Source of the DNA: Escherichia coli
Lineage (GTDB): Bacteria > Pseudomonadota > Gammaproteobacteria > Enterobacterales > Enterobacteriaceae
Reading direction: 5' to 3' (one strand)
Assembly (NCBI RefSeq): GCF_050920415.1
Contig: NZ_CP169309.1
Length of the DNA: 64,000 bases
Shown: piece by piece, positions 33,448-41,177 of the stretch
How positions within the stretch are numbered: the stretch's first letter is position 1
Layout: each line of letters opens with the position of its first letter
Program-made: the position numbers and the translations under genes
Notes under the pieces: generated by a model
The model's database searches: none
What the model was told of the DNA's origin: nothing
What the model saw: the letters and a program-made list of their open reading frames with translations, nothing else

Positions 33448-33474
33448 CACCCGGCCTCAGCGCCGGGTTTTTCT
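33448..33474 (+). terminator. rho-independent terminator after the cI-linked moron
   Basis: Stem CCCGGC/GCCGGG with 5-nt loop followed by TTTTTCTTTC. Confidence 0.65.
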
Positions 33475-33597
33475 TTCCCTGCCGTTCACCATCCAATCAA
33501 CCATCCTCATCATAGACAAGCATCAAGCCAAAGGTAACACCTTCACCCAGCACGCAAGCCCTCAAACACCAATCAATCAGCAACATTTACAAAAATA

Positions 33598-33690
33598 AAA
33601 TACCTTTGTTATCCATCACTTATAACTTATTTACCACAAAATATAAATTAGGTTATTGACCACACCTATAACCTAAGTTATCTTTAAGCC
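33598..33690. promoter_or_regulatory. OL operators and pL promoter (-35 TTGACC 33656-33661, -10 TATCTT 33679-33684)
   Basis: Operator palindrome ataacctaagttat (33668-33681) overlapping spacer and -10; second half-matching site atacctttgttat near 33600. Confidence 0.6.
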
Positions 33691-33728
33691 ATCAGCAGGA
33701 AGCTGGTAGCCAAACGGAACAGATTGGC

Positions 33729-33769
33729 AGGCTCTTTAACATTGATGGGATTGTCCCGCCGAAATGCGG
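33729..33769 (+). promoter_or_regulatory. nutL (boxA GCTCTTTAACA + boxB hairpin TCCCGCCGAAATGCGGGA)
   Basis: Between pL and N start; same boxA/boxB as nutR. Confidence 0.7.
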
Positions 33770-33878
33770 GAACCAAAGAGTAGTTGGCTTTGGGGTGACG
33801 TGAAGTGCAGCTGCACGACGGCAACCGGAAGATAAGCACCCGGCGCGTCACCGCCAAAGTCAATCATCGGAGGTCAAC

Positions 33879-34184
33879 ATGGCAGTAGTCATTACATATC
33901 TGGCTGACGATAACGCCAGAAATCGCCGCAGAGCACGCAGGCAGGCTCAACGTGAACAGGCAATGCAAGAACAGCGACTGGCGCGAAAGATTGCGCTAAA
34001 GCTCTCTGGTTGCGTCAGAGCAGATAAAGCAGCATCACTCGGAAGCCTTCGCTGCAAGAAGGTAGAAGAAGTCGAGCGTAAACAGAACCGTATTTACTAC
34101 CGAAAGCCACGGAGTGAAATGGGTGTGACATGCTCAGGCCGCCAGAAGCAACGCGGAAAATCAATTCCAGCTTATTACGATTGA
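33879..34184 (+). CDS. N: antitermination protein N (arginine-rich motif; phage 21 N-like)
   Basis: 101-aa ORF; NARNRRRARRQAQREQ arginine-rich N-terminus; LARKIALKLSGCVRADKAASLGSLRCKK...EVERKQNRIYY resembles phage 21 N as recalled. Confidence 0.7.
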   Translation: MAVVITYLADDNARNRRRARRQAQREQAMQEQRLARKIALKLSGCVRADKAASLGSLRCKKVEEVERKQNRIYYRKPRSEMGVTCSGRQKQRGKSIPAYYD

Positions 34185-34192
34185 GGTGAGAT

Positions 34193-34663
34193 ATGACAAT
34201 ATCATGGAGCGTACCTTTTCCTGAATCAGAAACTGAACATGAGGGAATGCCTGTTTTCTGGAGATTCCAGGCGACAGTTGAAGAAGATGGAATCAAAATA
34301 TTAGCACTTCAATATATAGCTTTTCATCAGACAGAGCATTATGCATGGTTGGTTCCTGCGCATTGGATTGTTAATTTTAAACCAGCACCAAATCAGTGGT
34401 TACAGGAATGGAAACAAAGGAGAAATAGATATGCAATTAAGAAAGTAGCAAAAAATGCAGAAAGATCTTTTGCATTCCCAACGAAGAAACTTGCCATTGA
34501 GAGTTTATTGCGCCGGAAGAAATACCATTTAATGAGAATCAAACAAGATTTGGCTGTTGTATCAACTCTTGTTGATGGGATGAAGAATATTGATACATCA
34601 ACACCAGATATTGAATATAACTTTGGGCACAACCAAGAAACAGAAAATTGGGTATTTTATTAG
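34193..34663 (+). CDS. hypothetical 156-aa protein immediately downstream of N (AT-rich accessory gene)
   Basis: SD GGTGAG then ATG 34193; no recognisable motif. Confidence 0.5.
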   Translation: MTISWSVPFPESETEHEGMPVFWRFQATVEEDGIKILALQYIAFHQTEHYAWLVPAHWIVNFKPAPNQWLQEWKQRRNRYAIKKVAKNAERSFAFPTKKLAIESLLRRKKYHLMRIKQDLAVVSTLVDGMKNIDTSTPDIEYNFGHNQETENWVFY

Positions 34664-34765
34664 TACGAGTAAGCACTGTGTATTCATTCCAACGAGTGAA
34701 TACACGGAGCAATGTCGCTCGTAACTAAACAGGAGCCGACTTGTTCTGATTATTGGAAATCTTCT

Positions 34766-34794
34766 TTGCCCTCCAGTGTGAGGGCAATTTTTTT
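34766..34794 (+). terminator. rho-independent terminator inside pL operon (N-readthrough type)
   Basis: Stem TTGCCCT/AGGGCAA with 7-nt loop followed by T7, 12 nt upstream of next gene start. Confidence 0.6.
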
Positions 34795-34932
34795 GATGGA
34801 GGATATATGAGTGAAGTAACAGATTTAGTTGTTATTGAAAAAGCAAATGCAATGACTGTATTTCAGTCTGCCGACCAGATTGAAGAAATCTGAACCGCCC
34901 CGGGTTTCCTGGAGAGTGTTTTATCTGTGAAC

Positions 34933-35820
34933 TCAGGCTGCCAGATCATTGTTTCCGATGGAAGCATAATAAGCTTTTTCTGCTTCTGCCGGAGGAGTAT
35001 GGCCCAGCCTTCCCAGCAATCGTCGATTGTTATACCAGTCCACCCACGTGAGTGTGGCCAGTTCCACTTCTGCACGGTTTTTCCAGCTCTTACGGTGTAT
35101 TACCTCCGCTTTGTAAAGACCATTGATGCTCTCAGCCATCGCGTTGTCATACGAGTCGCCTGTACTCCCTGTTGATGCCAGCAGTTTTGCTTCTTTTAGT
35201 CGCTCCGTATAGGCCAGTGACACATACTGAGAGCCTTTATCGCTGTGATGGATGGTGCCAGACGGACGACGGGCCCACAACGCCTGCTCCAGCGCATCCA
35301 GCACGAATGTCGTTTCCATAGACGATGAGACCCGCCACCCCACGATGTATCCGGCAAACACATCAATGATGAACGCCACATAGACGAAGCCCTGCCATGT
35401 GCTGACGTAAGTAAAATCAGCCACCCACAGCTGGTCAGGACGTTCTGCCACGAACTGACGGTTTACGCGGTCACCTGTGGCAACGGTTTTCCGGCTGACG
35501 GTAGTGCGGACCTTTTTACCCCGGAGAACACCGGCAAGTCCCATAACCGCCATGAGGCGCGCCACTGTACATCTGGCCACCCTGATTCCTTCCCGTAACA
35601 ACTGACGCCAGACTTTACGCACACCGTACACCTGATGATTTTCATCGTATACGCGCTGTATCTCTCTCTTCAGCCAGTCATCGCGCTGCGCACGGGCACT
35701 GCGTTTATCAGGATGATGCCGCTGCTGCTGACAATGGTAATACGTTGACGGGGCGATATGCAGTTCACTGCATACCGGTCCGACCCCGTACTGCTCACGC
35801 AGCTTATCCAGCAGTGGCAT
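34933..35820 (-). CDS. IS3-family transposase OrfB (DDE integrase domain)
   Basis: 295-aa ORF with DDE-type catalytic region; overlaps orfA end as expected for programmed -1 frameshift fusion. Confidence 0.85.
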   Translation of the reverse strand: MPLLDKLREQYGVGPVCSELHIAPSTYYHCQQQRHHPDKRSARAQRDDWLKREIQRVYDENHQVYGVRKVWRQLLREGIRVARCTVARLMAVMGLAGVLRGKKVRTTVSRKTVATGDRVNRQFVAERPDQLWVADFTYVSTWQGFVYVAFIIDVFAGYIVGWRVSSSMETTFVLDALEQALWARRPSGTIHHSDKGSQYVSLAYTERLKEAKLLASTGSTGDSYDNAMAESINGLYKAEVIHRKSWKNRAEVELATLTWVDWYNNRRLLGRLGHTPPAEAEKAYYASIGNNDLAA

Positions 35821-36146
35821 TATTTTTTCCAGAGGCGGTCGAACTCCGCCTTCGCAAAATAAGCGGAAGCCTGGCGAAGGATATCGTTACTGCGGCGCAG
35901 TTCACGATTTTCACGTTCCAGCTCTTTCAGACGCTGACGTTCAGCGGTGGTGAGCCCACCATCACCGCTCCCGGTATCCCTCTCATGCTGGCGAACCCAG
36001 ACACGCAGAGTCTCTGGCGTACAGCCAATCTTTGGAGCAATGGAACAAATTGCCGCCCATTGTGAGTCATATTCGCCCTGACTTTCCAGAACCATACGAA
36101 CTGCGCGTTGACGGACTTCGGGGGAAAAACGAGTATTTTTAGTCAT
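35820..36146 (-). CDS. IS3-family transposase OrfA (HTH)
   Basis: 108-aa [60 protein letters not shown]... Confidence 0.85.
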   Translation of the reverse strand: MTKNTRFSPEVRQRAVRMVLESQGEYDSQWAAICSIAPKIGCTPETLRVWVRQHERDTGSGDGGLTTAERQRLKELERENRELRRSNDILRQASAYFAKAEFDRLWKK

Positions 36147-37112
36147 CCTGTTTACCTCTTTCTCAGGAAGTTTAGTCTCCAGGATTTCCGGGGCGGTTCA
36201 ATCCTTCAAAAGGTTGAACGTGAAGTTATGTCCTTTGTGCCTGATATCACAACGGCAAAGGGCAGAAAGGAGATCGCTTCTCTGGCGTATAAAGTTGCGC
36301 AGACGAAAACATATCTCGATGGTCTTGGCAAAGACCTTGTTGCTGAACTGAAGGAAATTCCAAAGCTAATTGATGCCAACCGCAAGACAGTGCGCGATCG
36401 CCTTGATGAGCTGAAAGCCAAGGCACGCCAGCCTCTTACTGATTATGAGGAAGAACAGGCGCGGATTAAAGCCGAAGAAGAAGCTAAGGCAGCAGCTGAA
36501 GCTCTCGCAAAGCAAATTGAGTCTGACCATGAAATAGCGATTTTGATGGATCGCGAATTTGACCGCCAAAGAGAAGAGGCAAGACTCAAAGCTGAGCAGG
36601 AAAAGCGAGAGCATGAAGAACGCTTAAAAAGAGAAGCTGAAGAGAAAGCAAGAGCAGAAGCCGAAGCAAAGGCAAAAGCCGAAATTGAAGCAGCCGCAAG
36701 GCGAGAAGCAGAAGCTAAGGCCGCAGCGGAACGTGCAGAGCGTGAACGCATTGAGGCCGAGCAACGAGCACAGCGCGAAGCAAAAGAGGCAGCAGAACGA
36801 GCTGAAAGAGAAAAGCAGGCAGCAATTGAAGCAGAACGCAGAAAAGCACAGGAGGAGGCTGAACGAATCCGTCGCGAGGCTGAAGCAAAAGAGCAAGCCA
36901 GAATCGCAGAAGAAAAAAGAATCAAGGACGAAGAAGAGCACAGAGCAAAGGATAAAGCTCACCGGAAAGAAGTAAATAACAAAATACTTGCTGACCTTAT
37001 CAAGGTTGGCGCATCAGAAGATGTTGCTAAAAATATCATAACAGCCATCGTAAAAGGCGAAGTATTCGCAACAAAAATAACCTACTAATAAAACCAACAT
37101 AAGGAACCACCC

Positions 37113-37244
37113 ATGATTTACGCAATCGCGGGAGGCGCTCGCATGGGTGCCTTCCAACTAAATGAATCTTTACTTGAACGAATCACCCGTAAATTACGTG
37201 ACGGATGGAAAAGAGTTGAGGTCCTATTATGCGCAATGAAATAG
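37113..37244 (+). CDS. cIII: CIII-like protein (FtsH/HflB inhibitor)
   Basis: Hand-translated 43-aa ORF MIYAIAGGARMGAFQLNESLLERITRKLRDGWKR... matches lambda CIII core SLLERITRKLRDGWKR; below ORF-track cutoff. Confidence 0.7.
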   Translation: MIYAIAGGARMGAFQLNESLLERITRKLRDGWKRVEVLLCAMK

Positions 37245-37381
37245 CCATCAATCACCATATGCTTCGTGCTGCACAGAACAAAGCAGTAATAGCCAGATTT
37301 ATTGGTGATTCCAAAATGTGGCTTGAAGCAAATAAAGCGATGAAATCAGCTATCAACATTCCGTGGTATCGCAGGAAATGA
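37229..37381 (+). CDS. Kil-like host cell-division inhibitor
   Basis: Hand-translated 50-aa ORF MRNEIAINHHMLRAAQNKAVIARFIGDSKMWLEANKAMKSAINIPWYRRK; Kil-family FIGD motif; immediately after cIII-like gene. Confidence 0.5.
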   Translation: MRNEIAINHHMLRAAQNKAVIARFIGDSKMWLEANKAMKSAINIPWYRRK

Positions 37382-37536
37382 GTTTTACAGATAACTGGTC
37401 AGACGAAGAATTCATTCGTCAGATGAAAGAATTAATCGGTAACGAAGGAGATATTCATGTCACTTGCAACCACCGTGAAGGAGAGCAAGTTACAGAGACG
37501 CATGTACACGCAGAAAGCTCTCTGGTATCGCCATAA
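37378..37536 (+). CDS. hypothetical 52-aa protein
   Basis: ATG overlaps Kil-like stop (ATGA); MSFTDNWSDEEFIRQMKELIGNEGDIHVTCNHREGEQVTETHVHAESSLVSP. Confidence 0.35.
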   Translation: MSFTDNWSDEEFIRQMKELIGNEGDIHVTCNHREGEQVTETHVHAESSLVSP

Positions 37537-37635
37537 TGGCGACCGCGAAGGAATGCGGGTATGCCTTAATTTGTCTCGAGTCGAAGTATTAAATCAGCGT
37601 TATTTCCTTGGGCCGTGTCCATTCTGAGGTGAATT

Positions 37636-38343
37636 ATGGATTTGAATAAATTCGATGAGCCATTCAGCCCTGAAGATATCGAATGGCGAATACAGCAAAG
37701 CGGTAAAACACGCGATGGCAAAGTGTGGGCTATGGTGCTGGCTTATGTCACGAACCGGGCAATCATGAAACGCCTGGACGATGTTTGCGGCAAAGCAGGA
37801 TGGCGCAATGAATACCGCGATATTCCCAACAACGGCGGCGTTGAATGCGGCATATCAATAAAGATTGATTCCGAATGGGTAACCAAATGGGATGCTGCTG
37901 AAAACACGCAGGTAGAAGCCGTCAAAGGTGGTCGTTCCGGTGCAATGAAGCGCGCTGCCGTTCAGTGGGGAATCGGTCGGTATCTGTATAACCTTGAGGA
38001 AGGTTTCGCACAAACATCTCCCGATAAAAAGCAGGGGTGGCACAGGGCAAAACTGAAGGATGGAACAGGATTTTACTGGCTCCCTCCATCGCTGCCGGGA
38101 TGGGCAATCCCAGCATCAGATAACAAACCATCACCAGAAAATACCAACCAGAAATCTCCATCGGTTGACTGCGAACAAATCCTGAAAGACTTCAGCGATT
38201 ATGCATCAACAGAAACTGACAAGAAAAAACTCATCGAGCGTTATCAGCGTGACTGGCAATTAATGGCTGGCAACGAGGAGGCGCAGGCTAAATGCGTTCA
38301 GGTAATGAACATCAGAGTTAACGAACTAAAACAGGCGGCATAA
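37636..38343 (+). CDS. erf: Erf-like single-strand annealing recombinase
   Basis: 235-aa ORF; C-terminus ...ETDKKKLIERYQRDWQLMAGNEEAQAKCVQVMNIRVNELKQAA resembles P22 Erf C-terminus. Confidence 0.75.
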   Translation: MDLNKFDEPFSPEDIEWRIQQSGKTRDGKVWAMVLAYVTNRAIMKRLDDVCGKAGWRNEYRDIPNNGGVECGISIKIDSEWVTKWDAAENTQVEAVKGGRSGAMKRAAVQWGIGRYLYNLEEGFAQTSPDKKQGWHRAKLKDGTGFYWLPPSLPGWAIPASDNKPSPENTNQKSPSVDCEQILKDFSDYASTETDKKKLIERYQRDWQLMAGNEEAQAKCVQVMNIRVNELKQAA

Positions 38344-38817
38344 ATGGCAAGCAGAGGCGTAAATAAGGTGATCATTATTGGTCGCCTTGGGCATGATCCA
38401 GAAATCAGATATTCACCATCAGGAACGGCATTTGCAAACCTTACAGTTGCTACGTCAGAACAATGGCGTGATAAGCAAACTGGAGAGCAAAAGGAGCAGA
38501 CGGAGTGGCACCGTGTGGTAATGAGCGGGAAACTGGCAGAAATTGCCAGCGAATATCTGCGAAAAGGCTCTGAGGTTTATCTTGAAGGCAAATTGCGGAC
38601 AAGAAAATGGCAGGATCAAAGCGGACAGGATCGGTTCACTACCGAAGTTATCGTAGGCGTTGGTGGAACCATGCAAATGCTTGGTGGCAAGCAAGGAGGC
38701 AATGAACAGTCTTCACCTCAGCGAAATAACGGTCAGCAACAAAGACAGCAATCTCAGCAGCAAGGGAATCACAGCGAACCACCTATGAACTTCGACGATT
38801 CGGATATTCCGTTCTAG
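38344..38817 (+). CDS. ssb: single-stranded DNA-binding protein
   Basis: 157-aa ORF; OB-fold N-terminus, Gln/Gly-rich linker, acidic tail DDSDIPF. Confidence 0.9.
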   Translation: MASRGVNKVIIIGRLGHDPEIRYSPSGTAFANLTVATSEQWRDKQTGEQKEQTEWHRVVMSGKLAEIASEYLRKGSEVYLEGKLRTRKWQDQSGQDRFTTEVIVGVGGTMQMLGGKQGGNEQSSPQRNNGQQQRQQSQQQGNHSEPPMNFDDSDIPF

Positions 38818-38826
38818 GAGCTGAAT

Positions 38827-39306
38827 ATGAAAATCTGCTCAAGATGCCATCAACAGAAGGAAGAAAGGGACTTTCAAATCAGAAGAGCATCCAGAGATGG
38901 ATTAACTGCCGCTTGCCGGGCTTGCCTGGCTGAATATGACAAAGAGCGCGCGGGATTGCCACATCGAGTATCAGCAAGGAGAGAATATCAATCATCGGAA
39001 CGCGGCAGAGAACGGTGTAACGCAGCCAAAAAGCGGTTCATTCAGAGCAACCCATGGAAAAGAAAAGCCCACATCATCGTGGGTAATTTTTTGCGCGACG
39101 GTAAGCTAATCCGACCACCACAATGTGAGTGCTGCGGATCAGAATGTAAACCACAGGCGCACCACTGCGACTACAGCAAACCAACCGATGTGATGTGGCT
39201 CTGCAAGTCATGTCATGTCGAGTGGCACAAACATAACAAACCTATCTACCCAGACGAGGAGCCAGTAACTCTCCCCTTCCCTCGTCACGCTATTCACGCA
39301 ATTTAA
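38827..39306 (+). CDS. Cys-rich protein with C-terminal HNH endonuclease-like motif
   Basis: 159-aa ORF; CxxC pairs and HHCDYSKPTDVMWLCKSCHVEWH. Confidence 0.55.
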   Translation: MKICSRCHQQKEERDFQIRRASRDGLTAACRACLAEYDKERAGLPHRVSARREYQSSERGRERCNAAKKRFIQSNPWKRKAHIIVGNFLRDGKLIRPPQCECCGSECKPQAHHCDYSKPTDVMWLCKSCHVEWHKHNKPIYPDEEPVTLPFPRHAIHAI

Positions 39307-39319
39307 TCAGGAGAAAATC

Positions 39320-39613
39320 ATGCCAGCGCCTCAGTATGGTGCGGATGACCCGCGCCGCTGTTCCGGCAATTCCGTATCGGAGGTGCTGGATAAATTCAGG
39401 AAAAACTACGACCGGATAATGTCGCTACCGCAGGAAACGAAAGAGGAAAAGGAATTTCGTCACTGTATATGGCTTGCAGAGAAAGAAGAACGCGAGCGAA
39501 TTTACCAGACATCAATCCGACCATTCCGCAAAGCCACATATACCCACTTCCCTGAAATTGACCCGCGCCTGCGTAATTATCGATCACGCTATGGCGCTAT
39601 CAGTAATGACTGA
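39320..39613 (+). CDS. hypothetical 97-aa protein
   Basis: ORF-track entry in early-left operon. Confidence 0.4.
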   Translation: MPAPQYGADDPRRCSGNSVSEVLDKFRKNYDRIMSLPQETKEEKEFRHCIWLAEKEERERIYQTSIRPFRKATYTHFPEIDPRLRNYRSRYGAISND

Positions 39614-39623
39614 GGAATTTACC

Positions 39624-39791
39624 ATGAGAGGACTTACATACAATCCCGGCATTCTTCCGGCAGAAATGATTATTCGCCAACGCGTAAAGCCAATGCCATC
39701 GAGAGAGGAATTGCTTAAAAGAAAGAGTTTCGGTTCTGTTAATGACAACAAATATCTGAATGCGATGTGGCGTAAAGGAGGCAAGCAGTGA
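39624..39791 (+). CDS. hypothetical 55-aa protein
   Basis: ATG 39624 with SD GAGGAA; C-terminal part of ORF 39474..39791. Confidence 0.3.
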   Translation: MRGLTYNPGILPAEMIIRQRVKPMPSREELLKRKSFGSVNDNKYLNAMWRKGGKQ

Positions 39792-40087
39792 GTGTATGTC
39801 TTATTGATAAACGTCGACGTGGGCAACAAATACCATCTGTTGAAATGCCGAATCACACATGGTTTTGCGTACTTGATATCGATGGTATGGATACGTTGGT
39901 TGACACTCGTCATTACTGCGATACCGCAACAGCTACTCCGGCGAAAGCAAAGAAAATGGCTGCTATGATAGAAAGCTGGACTCCACCTGATGGTTGGTGC
40001 AATGGGAATGATCGAGATTGGCACGAAAAAATGAAGGGCTATATCTGCGATTTTTTACGTAAATGCAACGGATTCAGGGTGATGTGA
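39788..40087 (+). CDS. hypothetical 99-aa protein
   Basis: ORF-track entry; ATGA-type coupling to neighbours. Confidence 0.4.
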   Translation: MSVCLIDKRRRGQQIPSVEMPNHTWFCVLDIDGMDTLVDTRHYCDTATATPAKAKKMAAMIESWTPPDGWCNGNDRDWHEKMKGYICDFLRKCNGFRVM

Positions 40088-40088
40088 C

Positions 40089-40982
40089 ATGAGCGAGATT
40101 AACCATCAGGCACTGCGTGAGGCGGCGGAAAATGCAACTAAGGGGAGCTACATCGTAGGGCATACATCGGTCAATCAGCACGGTAATTTAACAGGAGTTT
40201 TTGTTTGTCAAAAATGGAAAGGAGAACCCGGAGGCGTGATTGCAGAATGTCATGTTAACTGCCTGGTTGAAACAGATGTTCAGGCTTATGCAAACGCTGA
40301 ATTTATTGCTGCCTTTAATCCAAATGTTGCGCTGGCGCTACTGGATGAACGGGAAAGAAACCAGCAATACATCAAACGCCGCGACCAGGAGAACGAGGAA
40401 ATTGCGCTAACGGTAGGGAAGCTGCGTGTTGAGCTGGAAGGCAAAGACAAGCTGATTGCAGAGCTTAGAAAACAATGCGCTGAATGGGAGCGAAAAGCAT
40501 TAAGCAACTTTGAAGAGTGTGCTGCGATGGCTGAACGTATCGAAGAGTTGCAGACAAAATCTGCACCAGATTCGTTTGGCATCATCGGTGAAAATATTCG
40601 AACACAGGATAATCGAATAACGTCAGACCCTATGTTTTGTGTGTATCAAAAGCGCGAAATCGTTGTTGATGCTGATTATGACTATGACCGGATTGTCTGG
40701 GTTGATGAAGATGGCAATGAAGCCAATAAACGCCAAAGTCGTCGTCTCGAACTACTTCACGAAAACTTTCGAGAGCCACCAGAAAAATGGCGGCGCGTTG
40801 CTGTGAAAGATATTGATGAATTCGTTACCTGCTGTTTCACCGAACAGGGTTGTAAAGACTACCTGGCAGTCAATGGTCACAATCTTCGCTTGCCATTTAT
40901 ATATGTAAAAAGCGGTTTCAGGAACGCTGAATATATCGGCATAAGAAACTGGCTTGCTGGCATTCGCATCAAAGGAGAGTGA
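40089..40982 (+). CDS. Ead/Ea22-like early protein
   Basis: 297-aa ORF MSEINHQALREAAENA...ALALLDERERNQQYIKRRDQENEEIALTVGKLRVELE resembles lambda Ea22. Confidence 0.7.
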   Translation: MSEINHQALREAAENATKGSYIVGHTSVNQHGNLTGVFVCQKWKGEPGGVIAECHVNCLVETDVQAYANAEFIAAFNPNVALALLDERERNQQYIKRRDQENEEIALTVGKLRVELEGKDKLIAELRKQCAEWERKALSNFEECAAMAERIEELQTKSAPDSFGIIGENIRTQDNRITSDPMFCVYQKREIVVDADYDYDRIVWVDEDGNEANKRQSRRLELLHENFREPPEKWRRVAVKDIDEFVTCCFTEQGCKDYLAVNGHNLRLPFIYVKSGFRNAEYIGIRNWLAGIRIKGE

Positions 40983-40983
40983 G

Positions 40984-41175
40984 ATGAATGGACAAATATC
41001 AATTGTTCGACCAGGAGCATGTGACGATCGCGAAATACGAATGATTATTCGTCTGGCGATGGGGAAAACAATAACAGCTCTCATTACTCCAGAAAATCTC
41101 GCATTAGCTTTAACCGGAAAGTCAGACCTGCCAGTGGAGCTAAAGCTGCGAAATGTTGAGATTAAGGTGAAATAG
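40984..41175 (+). CDS. hypothetical 63-aa protein
   Basis: SD AGGAGA then ATG 40984; part of ORF 40954..41175. Confidence 0.35.
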   Translation: MNGQISIVRPGACDDREIRMIIRLAMGKTITALITPENLALALTGKSDLPVELKLRNVEIKVK

Positions 41176-41177
41176 CT

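Larger units (their letters stand above)
34891..36200 (-). mobile_element. IS3-family insertion sequence (IS629/IS1203-like), 1310 bp, with 3-bp target duplication ATC
   Basis: Imperfect terminal inverted repeats starting TGAACCGCCCCGG at both ends; flanking ATC at 34888-34890 and 36201-36203; orfA/orfB transposase pair. Confidence 0.85.
34807..37088 (+). pseudogene. early-left gene for a ~322-aa Lys/Glu/Ala-rich coiled-coil protein, interrupted after codon 28 by an IS element
   Basis: 5-prime exon 34807..34890 (MSEVTDLVVIEKANAMTVFQSADQIEEI) and remainder 36204..37088 rejoin in frame once the IS and one ATC copy are removed; SD GGAGGA before 34807. Confidence 0.7.

Noticed and set aside
36443-36962. 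Two long minus-strand ORFs (Ser/Ala-rich 160 aa and Cys/Phe/Leu-rich 112 aa) overlapping the charged coiled-coil gene
   Set aside because: They are antisense read-throughs of the low-complexity GAA/GCA/AAG-rich coding repeats; their composition mirrors the sense-strand repeats and they have no start context. Judged spurious.
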